Shown: piece by piece, positions 20,074 through 29,333 of the stretch
How the letters are laid out: the number at the start of each line of letters is the position of its first letter
Numbering within the stretch: position 1 is the first letter of the stretch
Origin: Gammaproteobacteria bacterium
GTDB taxonomy: Bacteria > Pseudomonadota > Gammaproteobacteria > Arenicellales > JAANXG01
Length of the DNA stretch: 64,000 nt
Assembly (NCBI GenBank): GCA_024639325.1
Contig: JAHEIO010000002.1
Location: 24,132-88,131, forward strand
Direction of reading: 5' to 3'
Notes under the pieces: model-generated
Told to the model about the DNA's origin: nothing
Seen by the model: the letters and a program-made list of their open reading frames with translations, nothing else
The model's database searches: none
Translations under genes and position numbers: made by a program

Positions 20074-22503
20074 CTATTCCCAAGCCGCAGCCAGCATCGA
20101 ATCGTCCTTGCGATAGGGCAGCCAGGTCAGGCCGACCAGGTGGACCTGTATATTGGTGCTGGTGGCTTTTACCGCGACAGATTCCAGTTTTTCCGTCTGT
20201 GCGTCGAACGACAGCTCCAAATGGTCCACTTCGTTTTCGAACTGAAAATCCATTTCGTCCATAGTCAGTCGGGTTTCTGCCAACACTTCCTTTGCGTGGC
20301 GAAGATCATCCGAGTGCTGTCCCATTCGGCCGGCTTTCTTGATCGCGGTGCCGACACGGCTGGTACTGGTGGCGCTGATGCGTTTTCGCCCGAGAAACGC
20401 GCCCAGTATCGCCGAGCCGATGGATACGGCGGTATCGATTTTGCCCTGGTTGGACTGCGCCTGCTCCGTCTCCAGTCTTTGTTGAGCACGGAGCAGCTTC
20501 CGCTCCTGCACGGCCAGTTTGGCCTCGTACTTCTTTCTCAGCTTGCCGAGTGCGATATCCCTTTGCTCATGTGCGAGAACCTGCAGGCGGGCGCGAAAGT
20601 CTCCCTCACTCTCGCCGATGTTTGAGACGGTTTTGTACTTCTTGCTGTACAACAGCTGCAGCGGGTTGTCGGTTCGCACCCAGTGCTTGAAGGACTTTTC
20701 CCATTTGGAGTAGTTCTTCGCCGTGAACGCGGCCTTTGGAAGTTCGGCATATGACGCGCCATCAGCGGGGCCTGAGGCCAGATCGTCTATGCGCAAATCG
20801 ACGAGTTCGCTGTCCGACCAGTCTACGGGCACCGGCTCGTCGTTGATTTCGGTAAGCGCCATGAACTGTTTTTCAGCACGCACTTTGTACTTGGCGGACG
20901 AGTAGACGATGTCAGCCGCCCCGAGCAGGCGGGGGTAGTAGATCAGCCCGTCATCCGCTTTGGTGCCGCGGGCGACGGGATAATAGAACTGCGGTATGGC
21001 GGGCGGCAGCGCGGGCGGAGTGCCGGCTGACGGCTTTGTCCGCCTTGGCACATTTTTGGCGGGGGTTGCCTCGACACCGGCTTCGTCGGCGGTGATCTCA
21101 TATCCGGCGGAAAGGAGCTTGATCTGCTCACGCGTCAGGGGCCCGGCCAGGTAGGACAGCACCCAGCGGGTCTGAAATATCACCTGGCCGCTTTCGTGTA
21201 CGTTGTGCAGCAGAAAACGGCGCTTGCCGAGGCCGGCGAGCGTTTGCTCCATTTTTGACCGGTCGAATTCACCACTCGTCCCCGCACCTTCGAGTCCATC
21301 CATGACGCGGGCCTTGTCGCGTTCGGTCTGCAGGCGGCCTATGAACCAGGTTCCCGTATTGGACAATCCCTTATAGTCAAGGTCGACTGGATTCTGCGTG
21401 GCCAGTACCAGGCCCAACCCGTATGCACGCGCCTGCTTCAGCAGCGTAAGAAACAGCATCTTCGAGGGCGGGTTGGCGGTAGGAGGGATATAGCCGAAAA
21501 TCTCGTCCATGTAGAGTATCGCCCGCAACGTGCCGGTTCCCGGCTGACGACGCATCCAGCTCAGGACCTCGTTGAGCAGCATGGTAACGAAGAACATGCG
21601 TTCGGAATCCGACAGGTGCGCGATAGACATCACCGAAACGCGCGGTTTACCACCCGCCGTATGGAACAGGCGGCCGGCATCGAGGCTCTCGCCTTCCAGC
21701 CAGACCTCGAAACCCGGCGCCGCCAGCAAATTGTTCAAACGCATGGCCAGGGTAAAGCGGTCCTGCGGCGAGAAGAACGAATCCATATCCAGAATGCCGA
21801 CCTTTTCCATCGGTGGATTCTGAATGGCCGCGATCAGTCCGGGGATGTCGAGGTCGCCGCCCCGATCCCAGCTCGACTTCAGTATGTTGGAGATCAGTAT
21901 GTGTTCCCGGCTGGTAAGCGGATCGGCCTCGATGCCCAGCAGTGCCAGGATCCCCGTCGCCGTCGATGCTATCCTGTCGCGGTAGAGGTCGCTGTCGTCT
22001 CTCAATTCCGCCGCGGGCGCGTTGAACGATCTCAATACCGATACCGGAACCCCCGCCTGGCTCCCCGGTGTGTAAATCGCCATTTCTACGGTGTTTCGTA
22101 GGCGCTTGATGCGCTCCTTGCTCTGCCCCCAATCGGCAAGCCCTTTCTGCCACATGCGAGCCTGGTCAGCGGCAAACTCCGCTGTGCTGCGACCGCCGTC
22201 TGAGGCCGACCTGGGATCCACCCAGGGCTCGAAATCCTCCGGCAGAAGCTCGGGGAAGCTCAACAGTATATTTCCCAGGTCACCCTTGGGGTCGATGGCG
22301 ATCACCGGGATCTTGTCTAAGGCCGCTTCCTCAAGAAGGCCGATCCCTAGCCCGGTCTTGCCACTGCCGGTCATGCCGATGATGACGGCGTGGGTGGTCA
22401 GGTCCTTGGCATCGTATAAAACGACGTCGTCGCGCAGTTCGCTCCGGTCTGGATCCCAGGATTTACCCAGGTAGAATTTGCCGAGTTTCTCGAAGTCTTC
22501 CAT
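20074..22503 (-). CDS. HerA/FtsK-like P-loop ATPase (DUF87-type) with long coiled-coil C-terminal region
   Basis: 809 aa with Walker A HAVIIGMTGSGKTG, Walker B RAILYMDEIFGY and the HerA-like VLATQNPVDLD. The C-terminal 300 aa include the coiled coil LRKKYEAKLAVQERKLLRAQQRLETEQ. The stop lies 3 nt from the tRNA 3' end. Confidence 0.7.
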   Translation of the reverse strand: MEDFEKLGKFYLGKSWDPDRSELRDDVVLYDAKDLTTHAVIIGMTGSGKTGLGIGLLEEAALDKIPVIAIDPKGDLGNILLSFPELLPEDFEPWVDPRSASDGGRSTAEFAADQARMWQKGLADWGQSKERIKRLRNTVEMAIYTPGSQAGVPVSVLRSFNAPAAELRDDSDLYRDRIASTATGILALLGIEADPLTSREHILISNILKSSWDRGGDLDIPGLIAAIQNPPMEKVGILDMDSFFSPQDRFTLAMRLNNLLAAPGFEVWLEGESLDAGRLFHTAGGKPRVSVMSIAHLSDSERMFFVTMLLNEVLSWMRRQPGTGTLRAILYMDEIFGYIPPTANPPSKMLFLTLLKQARAYGLGLVLATQNPVDLDYKGLSNTGTWFIGRLQTERDKARVMDGLEGAGTSGEFDRSKMEQTLAGLGKRRFLLHNVHESGQVIFQTRWVLSYLAGPLTREQIKLLSAGYEITADEAGVEATPAKNVPRRTKPSAGTPPALPPAIPQFYYPVARGTKADDGLIYYPRLLGAADIVYSSAKYKVRAEKQFMALTEINDEPVPVDWSDSELVDLRIDDLASGPADGASYAELPKAAFTAKNYSKWEKSFKHWVRTDNPLQLLYSKKYKTVSNIGESEGDFRARLQVLAHEQRDIALGKLRKKYEAKLAVQERKLLRAQQRLETEQAQSNQGKIDTAVSIGSAILGAFLGRKRISATSTSRVGTAIKKAGRMGQHSDDLRHAKEVLAETRLTMDEMDFQFENEVDHLELSFDAQTEKLESVAVKATSTNIQVHLVGLTWLPYRKDDSMLAAAWE

Positions 22504-22657
22504 TGTCGTTTCCCTGTGTTAACGCGGTCAATCTATGCGAAATTAGCAGCGCGATCGCGAACTCTCTGAAGCGTTTGGATCGTGTCGGTGGGATATCGAA
22601 GACACAGGTGCCTGACACCTTTATGGATGTCTGGGAACCGGCCGTGCAGGCTTCAGA

Positions 22658-23071
22658 TCAATAGGAGACCGCGGGGTTCAGTTTTTTGGCCTGGGTGATC
22701 CAGTCGGACACCATTTTCTCACTGGGCAGCTGGCGGGCGAATGACCTTTTCCTGCTGACATTTGCTTTTTGCAGGGCTTGATGAAGGTTTTTCGCATTTC
22801 GGTTGCGCAACTCCTTTACCGTGTCTACACCCGCGGCCTCGAGCAATTCCGCGTACTGTGTAGCGACGCCTTTGATGCGGAACAGGTCAGCCATGTTAAC
22901 GCAACGCAGTACGATGGCCTCACTTATTCCCGCGGCCGCAGCAATCTTCTTGCGATTCCTGCGCGTGGCACCATCAGCCAGCAGCTTTATTGGATTGCTG
23001 CATCCGATTTTCCTCAGCTTGGCGCCGTATTTAGGGCCGATACCCTCGATTGTCTCTATAGATTTGGACAT
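22658..23071 (-). CDS. DUF4332-type helix-hairpin-helix protein
   Basis: 137 aa. IEGIGPKYGAKLRKIG and a second IKGVATQYAELLEAAGVDTVKEL repeat are typical of DUF4332/HhH proteins as I recall them. Confidence 0.6.
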   Translation of the reverse strand: MSKSIETIEGIGPKYGAKLRKIGCSNPIKLLADGATRRNRKKIAAAAGISEAIVLRCVNMADLFRIKGVATQYAELLEAAGVDTVKELRNRNAKNLHQALQKANVSRKRSFARQLPSEKMVSDWITQAKKLNPAVSY

Positions 23072-23186
23072 TGTGACCTCCCGGACTTGCGGTATTTATT
23101 CTGCTGTTGGCAGCATGAATACTATCGCTTTTTACACCGTGAAGCGATAGTCCGCAGCGCAAGCTCCGGACAACCCTTACGCCCCG

Positions 23187-23855
23187 TTATTGGCGCTCCG
23201 AGGCCGCTTTCTCGACCAGATAATTGGTGAGTTCCATGAGCTCTCTGTGACCACCCGCGGTTGATGCGGTAGCCCTGTATTTGCCGTCGATGATGATTGT
23301 CGGCACCCCGGTGGCCTGGAAGCGTTCGAACATCATCTGTGCGTGCTTGGTCTTGGTGTCGACCGCAAAAGAGTCGAAAGCCGCGGCAAAATCGGCTTCG
23401 GAGACGCCGTGTTTGTTCAGCAAGTTTCTCAGATCGGACAGTTCCCTGAATGGATTCTTACGCACATGTATCTCTTGGAACACATCGGCGTGCATCTGGT
23501 CCAGAACGCCGAGAGCCTCCAGCGTGTAGTACACCCTGGCATCAAAGATCGTAGACTTTCGAAATATCCCCGGCATTCTCAAATGCTCGGCATTGTCGGG
23601 TTTGGCTTTTTCCGCCCACTCGTCAAGCACCGGTTCGAGGGCGAAACAATGGGGACAGTGATACCAGAACAATTCCAGGACCTCGATCTGGTCGCCCGTC
23701 TGAACGGGCTGGGCCTGTGCCAGCGCCTGGTAGTGAACACCCTCTTCGAACCTCTGCGCTTGGGCGAGTGGGGCGTACGCCAGTATCAATGCGCTGGCCA
23801 GCGGTAATACTGTTCGGCCGATTGATGCCGAAACGTTTTCGGATAGTGTAGTCAT
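23187..23855 (-). CDS. dsbA: Thiol:disulfide interchange protein DsbA
   Basis: Signal peptide ...ILAYAPLAQA and active site FWYHCPHCF. An AGGAG Shine-Dalgarno site lies 6 nt upstream of ATG 23855, so the internal Met was chosen over ORF start 23888. Confidence 0.9.
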   Translation of the reverse strand: MTTLSENVSASIGRTVLPLASALILAYAPLAQAQRFEEGVHYQALAQAQPVQTGDQIEVLELFWYHCPHCFALEPVLDEWAEKAKPDNAEHLRMPGIFRKSTIFDARVYYTLEALGVLDQMHADVFQEIHVRKNPFRELSDLRNLLNKHGVSEADFAAAFDSFAVDTKTKHAQMMFERFQATGVPTIIIDGKYRATASTAGGHRELMELTNYLVEKAASERQ

Positions 23856-23894
23856 ATTGTCTCCTGCGGCCGCTTGAGCGGTGTTCAATAGGTT

Positions 23895-25253
23895 CTAGTC
23901 TGAGACACTCAATGCGTCGATTAGTTTTTGATGGATATTATCAAAACTTCCATTGCTCATGATCACAATCTGGTCGCCGTCCCTGGCATCATCTGCGAGC
24001 AATTGGACAATCTCCGGAACGGAGTCCGATATGGAAATTTTCCCATTCGCAATGGATAACAGGTCCCAGCGGGCGTCCCGCGGCCTCAACACGATCGCCC
24101 GATCCGCCTTGTCCAGGGATCGCGCCAGCGAATGTCGATGGCCGCCCAGCAACATGGTATTCGATCTCGGTTCCAGCACGCAGATGATTCGTCGATCGCC
24201 GGGTCGCTGCCTGAGCGCGGTCAGGGTCTGGTCAATGGCTGTCGGGTGATGGGCGAAATCGTCGTATACGCTGATACCCCGGATCGTCTTCAGAAGCTGG
24301 AGGCGTCGTTGAACCGAAGAAAACGCGGATACACCGCGGCAGGCATCGCCTGCCGCAACACCAGCATGGCTGACCGCCGCGACGGCTGCCAGGGTATTCG
24401 CCATGTTGAATGAACCGATCAGGGGTGATTCCACGGCGCCCTGGAATTCGCCTCGATCGTAAACATCGAATCTGGAGAAGTCTTCGGATTGCGCGTGCGC
24501 GGTCCAATCTGCCTTTTCTGTTATTGAGAACCTTTGCAATTGGGACCAGCAGCCGAGGCCGATCACATCTGCGAGGTTGTCGTCGTCCTGGTTCACCAGG
24601 ATCTGTCCCTGTCCAGGCACAATGCGCACGAGGTGGTGAAACTGTTTTTTGATCTCGTCCAGCGTGTCGAATATATCCGCGTGGTCGTATTCCAGGTTGT
24701 TGAGGACCAGCGTGTCGGGATGGTAATGAATGAATTTTGATCGTTTGTCGAAGAAAGCGGTATCATATTCGTCGGCTTCGATGACAAAGAATCGCCCGCT
24801 TCCCAGCCGGGCCGAGACACCAAAATTTTCAGGCACGCCGCCAATCAGGAATCCGGGCTCCAACCCGGCATGTTCGAGCAGCCAGCACACCAGGCTTGCG
24901 GTTGTAGTTTTGCCGTGGGTTCCGGCAATCGCCACCACCCATCGTTCCCGGAGCACTTCCTCGTAGATCCATTGCGGCCCGGACATGTATCGCGTGTTCC
25001 GGTTCAGCACCATTTCCACGCACGGGTTGCCTCTGGACAAGGCGTTGCCGATGACGATGAGTTCGGGATTCCAGCTTTCTATTTGCGCCGGGTCGTAGCC
25101 GTCGAATAAATCGACACCCAACTGGTGCAGTTGGGTGCTCATGGGGGGATACATATTCGCGTCGCAACCGCCGACCTGGTGCCCCAGTTCCGAGGCCAGT
25201 CGAGCCAGGCCTCCCATAAACGTGCCGCAAATTCCCAGGATATAGATACGCAT
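23895..25253 (-). CDS. mpl: UDP-N-acetylmuramate:L-alanyl-gamma-D-glutamyl-meso-diaminopimelate ligase (murein peptide ligase)
   Basis: About 452 aa with MRIYILGICGTFMGGLA... and AIAGTHGKTTT (Mur ligase P-loop). ATG 25253 overlaps the upstream gene's stop. Confidence 0.9.
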   Translation of the reverse strand: MRIYILGICGTFMGGLARLASELGHQVGGCDANMYPPMSTQLHQLGVDLFDGYDPAQIESWNPELIVIGNALSRGNPCVEMVLNRNTRYMSGPQWIYEEVLRERWVVAIAGTHGKTTTASLVCWLLEHAGLEPGFLIGGVPENFGVSARLGSGRFFVIEADEYDTAFFDKRSKFIHYHPDTLVLNNLEYDHADIFDTLDEIKKQFHHLVRIVPGQGQILVNQDDDNLADVIGLGCWSQLQRFSITEKADWTAHAQSEDFSRFDVYDRGEFQGAVESPLIGSFNMANTLAAVAAVSHAGVAAGDACRGVSAFSSVQRRLQLLKTIRGISVYDDFAHHPTAIDQTLTALRQRPGDRRIICVLEPRSNTMLLGGHRHSLARSLDKADRAIVLRPRDARWDLLSIANGKISISDSVPEIVQLLADDARDGDQIVIMSNGSFDNIHQKLIDALSVSD

Positions 25254-25786
25254 CAAAAGTTAACGTCGATCACCGTCAAAAGCAACATCGACGTGATTAC
25301 CTGGCTGACGATGGTGTACAGTAAGCCGTTACCAAAACGTGTCTCCAGGGTTTCTCGGAATACATGGGCGTACACCACCCAGATCCACAGCGACAGGCCG
25401 AACACCAACATACCGGCCAAACCGCTGCCTGACGATTCCTTGTCTGTGGCAAGCAGGCTTACAACCAGCCAGACGAGTATTCGGATGATGGTGCTGACAC
25501 CGAACATTGCTGTCATTGCCTGTACAAATCGCCCCGAATATCCGCGGATTTTTAAGATCACCCATACCGTCAGGGCAAAAAACGCATGCTCCGCAATCGA
25601 CATCACGACGATCGAATTTTGTGTCCCCAGGATCCGCGCAAGTTCGGGCGTAGCCGGCTTCAGTGCGAGTATGTAGGAAGCGATCGACGTGACCGCGGTG
25701 ATGGCCAGAAGGTGATAGGAATACGGAATATCCTGCGGTTTTGCCTTGAGCAGGCTGATATCCAGAAAAATTTTGAGGGCGTTCAT
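25253..25786 (-). CDS. Small polytopic inner-membrane protein (possibly Yip1-like), function unknown
   Basis: 177 aa with about 5 hydrophobic segments. Its stop overlaps the mpl start (TGATG), suggesting co-translation. I recognise no diagnostic motif. Confidence 0.5.
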   Translation of the reverse strand: MNALKIFLDISLLKAKPQDIPYSYHLLAITAVTSIASYILALKPATPELARILGTQNSIVVMSIAEHAFFALTVWVILKIRGYSGRFVQAMTAMFGVSTIIRILVWLVVSLLATDKESSGSGLAGMLVFGLSLWIWVVYAHVFRETLETRFGNGLLYTIVSQVITSMLLLTVIDVNF

Positions 25787-25877
25787 GCTTGTTCTGCAGA
25801 AAAGTATTATCGAATCATAGCAATGCGCAACCGTAAACTACAGCCTGGCGTAACGCCCGCACTGGTACAATGAATTC

Positions 25878-26975
25878 ATGCCCAATCACATCATAGACTC
25901 CCCGGATCTTCTCGAGTCGTTCTGCCGGGAGATGGGATCGGCTACATTGATGGCGATCGACACGGAATTCGTTCGCGTCAAGACCTACTACCCCAGATTC
26001 TGTCTGATGCAGGTGTCCTCTGGGGGTAACGTGTATTGCATCGACCCGCTGTACGAAAATCCTGATTGGGGATCCTTGGGTGGTGTCTTGTGTGCACCGG
26101 AAACGACGACGGTGTTTCACGCCGCGCGACAGGATATCGAAGTGCTTTACCAAACTTTCGACGATGTCCCCCGCAGGGTCTTCGACACGCAGGTCGCCGC
26201 GGCCATGGCCGGGCTCGGCGATCAGATCGGCTACGCAAACCTTGTCGAGATCGTGACGGGCAGGGCCCTGGCGAAGGCGCACACGCGTACTGACTGGTGC
26301 CAGCGGCCACTGAGCCGGGATCAGATCGCCTATGCTGTTGACGATGTTCGCTACCTGGAATCCATTTATGACCACCTTGGCTCCGAGCTGGACAAGCGTG
26401 GCCGATTGGCTTGGGTATTCGAGGAATGCAGGTCGCTTTCCGACGTCGAACTGTACCGTTCAGATCCCGAATCGGCTTACCGGCGTGTCGGGTTCGGGGA
26501 CAAACTCGACCCCGCCGCCCAGCGTGTCCTCAAGGAACTGGCCAACTGGAGAGAGCGGACTTCCCAGCTGATGGATTTGCCCCGGAACTGGATTGTAAAG
26601 GACAAAATACTGGCGTTGATCGCGCAAAATTTGCCGGACAGCCGGGAAAAGCTTGCGAAAGTCGAGGGGGTGCCGGAGAAATTCGCCAGGCGCCATGGGG
26701 AGCAACTGGTCCAACTCGTGCGGAAAGTGCTGCGCGAAGGCAGCCAAACCGTGGTATGGCACAGGAAGCCGCCCCTGAGTCCGGAACAGCGCGCGCTGCA
26801 AAAGCAGATCCTGAATTGCTTGAAACGGATTGCGAAGGAAAGCGGAATATCTCCGGGCTTGTTGGGGTCGCGCCACGATGTTGACAGGCTCGTCAGGGGC
26901 TCCCGCGACGTAAATCTTCTCAGCGGCTGGCGTGCGCAGCTGCTCGGAAGTGAGTTGAACAAATTGCTGGGCTAA
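25878..26975 (+). CDS. rnd: Ribonuclease D
   Basis: 365 aa. AIDTEFVRVKTYYPRFCLMQV and HAARQDIEVL (DEDD exonuclease motifs) plus the C-terminal HRDC region are collinear with E. coli Rnd. Confidence 0.9.
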   Translation: MPNHIIDSPDLLESFCREMGSATLMAIDTEFVRVKTYYPRFCLMQVSSGGNVYCIDPLYENPDWGSLGGVLCAPETTTVFHAARQDIEVLYQTFDDVPRRVFDTQVAAAMAGLGDQIGYANLVEIVTGRALAKAHTRTDWCQRPLSRDQIAYAVDDVRYLESIYDHLGSELDKRGRLAWVFEECRSLSDVELYRSDPESAYRRVGFGDKLDPAAQRVLKELANWRERTSQLMDLPRNWIVKDKILALIAQNLPDSREKLAKVEGVPEKFARRHGEQLVQLVRKVLREGSQTVVWHRKPPLSPEQRALQKQILNCLKRIAKESGISPGLLGSRHDVDRLVRGSRDVNLLSGWRAQLLGSELNKLLG

Positions 26976-26979
26976 CGCA

Positions 26980-27969
26980 ATGGCCGTCGCTCTGATTACC
27001 GGCGGGACCGGGTTCATTGGAAGCCATCTCGTGGAAGCCCTGTTGGCAAGGGGTGAGAAAGTGAGATGCCTCGTCCGGTCTCCCGACAAATTGCGCTGGT
27101 TGCGCGGCAGCGATGTTGAGATCGTTACGGGAGACTGTCTGCACCCTCAGAGCCTCGACGCTGCCGTCAGGGGCGTGGACCATGTTTATCACGCCGCTGG
27201 CGTGCTTTGGAGCGCAAATGAACAGGCATATCTTCGCGGTAATGTTCAGGGGACACGCAATCTGATCGAGGCATGTGACCGGGCCAGTCCGGGCCTGGCG
27301 AAGTTTGTGCTGGTATCCAGTCAGGCAGCGGCGGGGCCCGGAACCGGGGGGGGGCCCAGAATAGAGTCTGATGCGCCCGCGCCAATCACGACCTATGGCA
27401 AAAGCAAACTGCTGGCGGAGCAGATCGTTTTGGACTACAAAACCCGGATTTCTGGCGTCGTTGTCAGGCCGTGTGCGGTTTATGGGCCACGCGACACGGC
27501 TTTTTTGGCCTATTTCCGGATAGTTCATCGAGGATTCCTGATAGAATTCGGCGGTGGCGAGGATCGTATCGTCAGTTTGTGCCACGTAAGCGACGTCGTC
27601 GGCGGGATAATCCAGGCGGCGCATGCCGTTTCCGCAGCCAGCGGATCGGTATATTTTCTGGCGGATCCGAAACCTTACCCTTGGCGTGAGGTTGAATCTA
27701 TAATAGAGCAGGCGATGGGCATCAGGGCAAAGCGGCTACGCATTCCGGTTTGGTTTTTGTACGGGCTGGGGATGCTGGGTCAAGGGTATGGCCGCGCCAC
27801 GGGAAAATCTGTTATGTTAAACAGGTCGAGAGTTGCTGAAATGACGGCGCGCCGATGGGACTGTGATGCCGGCAAGGCAAGACGTGAACTGAAGTTCGCG
27901 CCGGTAATGAATCTAAACGACGGCTTACGTGACGTGGTTCGTTGGTATAAACAAGAACAATGGCTATGA
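26980..27969 (+). CDS. NAD-dependent epimerase/dehydratase-family SDR (candidate keto-sphingoid/ceramide reductase)
   Basis: 329 aa with ITGGTGFIGSHL (GxxGxxG) and catalytic YGKSK (YxxxK). Its stop overlaps the start of the next gene (ATGA at 27966-27969). Confidence 0.75.
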   Translation: MAVALITGGTGFIGSHLVEALLARGEKVRCLVRSPDKLRWLRGSDVEIVTGDCLHPQSLDAAVRGVDHVYHAAGVLWSANEQAYLRGNVQGTRNLIEACDRASPGLAKFVLVSSQAAAGPGTGGGPRIESDAPAPITTYGKSKLLAEQIVLDYKTRISGVVVRPCAVYGPRDTAFLAYFRIVHRGFLIEFGGGEDRIVSLCHVSDVVGGIIQAAHAVSAASGSVYFLADPKPYPWREVESIIEQAMGIRAKRLRIPVWFLYGLGMLGQGYGRATGKSVMLNRSRVAEMTARRWDCDAGKARRELKFAPVMNLNDGLRDVVRWYKQEQWL

Positions 27970-29219
27970 CAGACCGGCTATACGCAAAACAGGAATTCAT
28001 CGAAGAAACACCAGAGATTGGCCAGTCCGACACCCGTCCGACCATTTTTGACAAGTGCCGGAAGTATACGCGTGCCCGTGAGGCGATGGCCGCTGGGGTT
28101 TATCCTTACTTTCACCGGATAGATTCCGCCCAGGAACCCGATGTGATCTGTGACGGGAAGCCGATGATCATGATGAGTTCCAATGACTATCTTGGACTGA
28201 CCAGCCATCCCAGGGTGAAGGAAGCGGCAATCGACGCGGTGCGCAAGTTCGGAACCGGGTGCGCCGGGTCCAGATTTCTCAACGGCACGCTGGCAATGCA
28301 CGAGGAGATGGAGACTAGACTGGCGACATTCCTTGGCAAGGAGGCGGCGGCGGTGTTTCCCACCGGATTCCAGGCCAACCTCGGAGCGATTTCTGCTCTG
28401 GTAGGAAAAAGCGAGTACGTCATCATCGATCGTATGAACCACGCCAGCATCTATGACGGCTGCAGGCTCTCCTACGGACAAATCAAAAAATACCAGCACA
28501 ACGACATGGAGAATCTTGAGCGGATCCTCAAAAGCGTCGACGGACGGGGTGCGCTTGTCGTTGTCGACGGCGTGTTCAGCATGGAAGGCGATATCGTGAA
28601 TCTGCCGGGCGTCGTGGAGCTGTGCAAACGTTATGGTGCCGGATTGATGGTCGATGATGCACACAGCATTGGCGTCCTCGGCAAGAACGGTTGCGGCACT
28701 GGTGAACACTTCAATATGGTCGATGAAATCGATCTGATCATGGTCACCTACAGCAAATCGTTGGCAACGATCGGAGGATGCATCGCAGCGAGCGAGGAGA
28801 TGATCCACTATCTTAGGCATCACGCCCGTTCTCTCATGTTTTCTGCCAGCCTGCCGCCGGCCCCGGTGGGCGCCGCGTTGATGGCACTCAATATCATCGA
28901 GGAGGAGCCCGAGCGGCGGGAGCGACTCTGGGACAACGCCAGCTACTTGAGAAATGGCTATCAAAACCTTGGCTTCGATACCGGTGTCAGTGAGACCCCT
29001 GTGGTCCCGGTGGTGGTGGGAGACGAGGAAAAAGTGCTGAAGATGTGGCGGATGTTGTTCGATGCGGGCGTATTCGCCAGTCCCGTCATGTTTCCCGGCG
29101 TGCCACCCGGGATGGCCCTGCTCCGAACGAGCTGCATGGCGACCCACACCGAAGATCACCTGGACAAGGTTCTGGAAACATTTGCCAAAGTCGGGCGTCA
29201 GCTTGATTTGATTTCCTGA
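27960..29219 (+). CDS. Alpha-oxoamine synthase, serine palmitoyltransferase-like (PLP-dependent)
   Basis: 419 aa. SNDYLGL, GSRFLNGT, NHASIYDGC, DDAHSIG, the PLP-lysine TYSKSLATIGG and RERLWDNA are collinear with Sphingomonas SPT (SHASIYDGC, TFSKSVGTVGG, RERLWSNA) as I recall it. The start is 27960 or 27966. Confidence 0.75.
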   Translation: MAMTDRLYAKQEFIEETPEIGQSDTRPTIFDKCRKYTRAREAMAAGVYPYFHRIDSAQEPDVICDGKPMIMMSSNDYLGLTSHPRVKEAAIDAVRKFGTGCAGSRFLNGTLAMHEEMETRLATFLGKEAAAVFPTGFQANLGAISALVGKSEYVIIDRMNHASIYDGCRLSYGQIKKYQHNDMENLERILKSVDGRGALVVVDGVFSMEGDIVNLPGVVELCKRYGAGLMVDDAHSIGVLGKNGCGTGEHFNMVDEIDLIMVTYSKSLATIGGCIAASEEMIHYLRHHARSLMFSASLPPAPVGAALMALNIIEEEPERRERLWDNASYLRNGYQNLGFDTGVSETPVVPVVVGDEEKVLKMWRMLFDAGVFASPVMFPGVPPGMALLRTSCMATHTEDHLDKVLETFAKVGRQLDLIS

Positions 29220-29333
29220 CCCGATCAGGCGCCGGACGCAGAATCTTTTCTCACCTGGACTTTCGCGAGAACGGGTCGCCTCGCCAATTACCCTGTATGA
29301 TGGCTTCTCGACTTCTTACCGAAATCCACCCTG

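Noticed and set aside
22504-23186. Search for a direct repeat of the tRNA-Arg 3' end (att site) or an integrase bounding the HerA/DUF4332 module
   Set aside because: I found no copy of GGTTCAAATCCTGTCAGGCGC or a substantial part of it, and no recombinase ORF. Island mobility therefore remains unproven.
27346-27354. G9 homopolymer inside the SDR gene of the lipid cluster, considered as a slipped-strand phase-variation switch
   Set aside because: Comparable G8/C8 runs occur in housekeeping genes in this same window: cytochrome c5 at 19694-19701, potI at 57435-57442, and the kinase-like gene at 49965-49972. They encode Gly-Gly or Pro-Pro. The tract therefore looks like a codon-usage by-product rather than a dedicated switch. 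Read-level length heterogeneity could still be checked.
27978-29159. 393-aa ORF on the minus strand
   Set aside because: It is antisense to the SPT-like gene, which has clear PLP-enzyme motifs. This is a shadow ORF.
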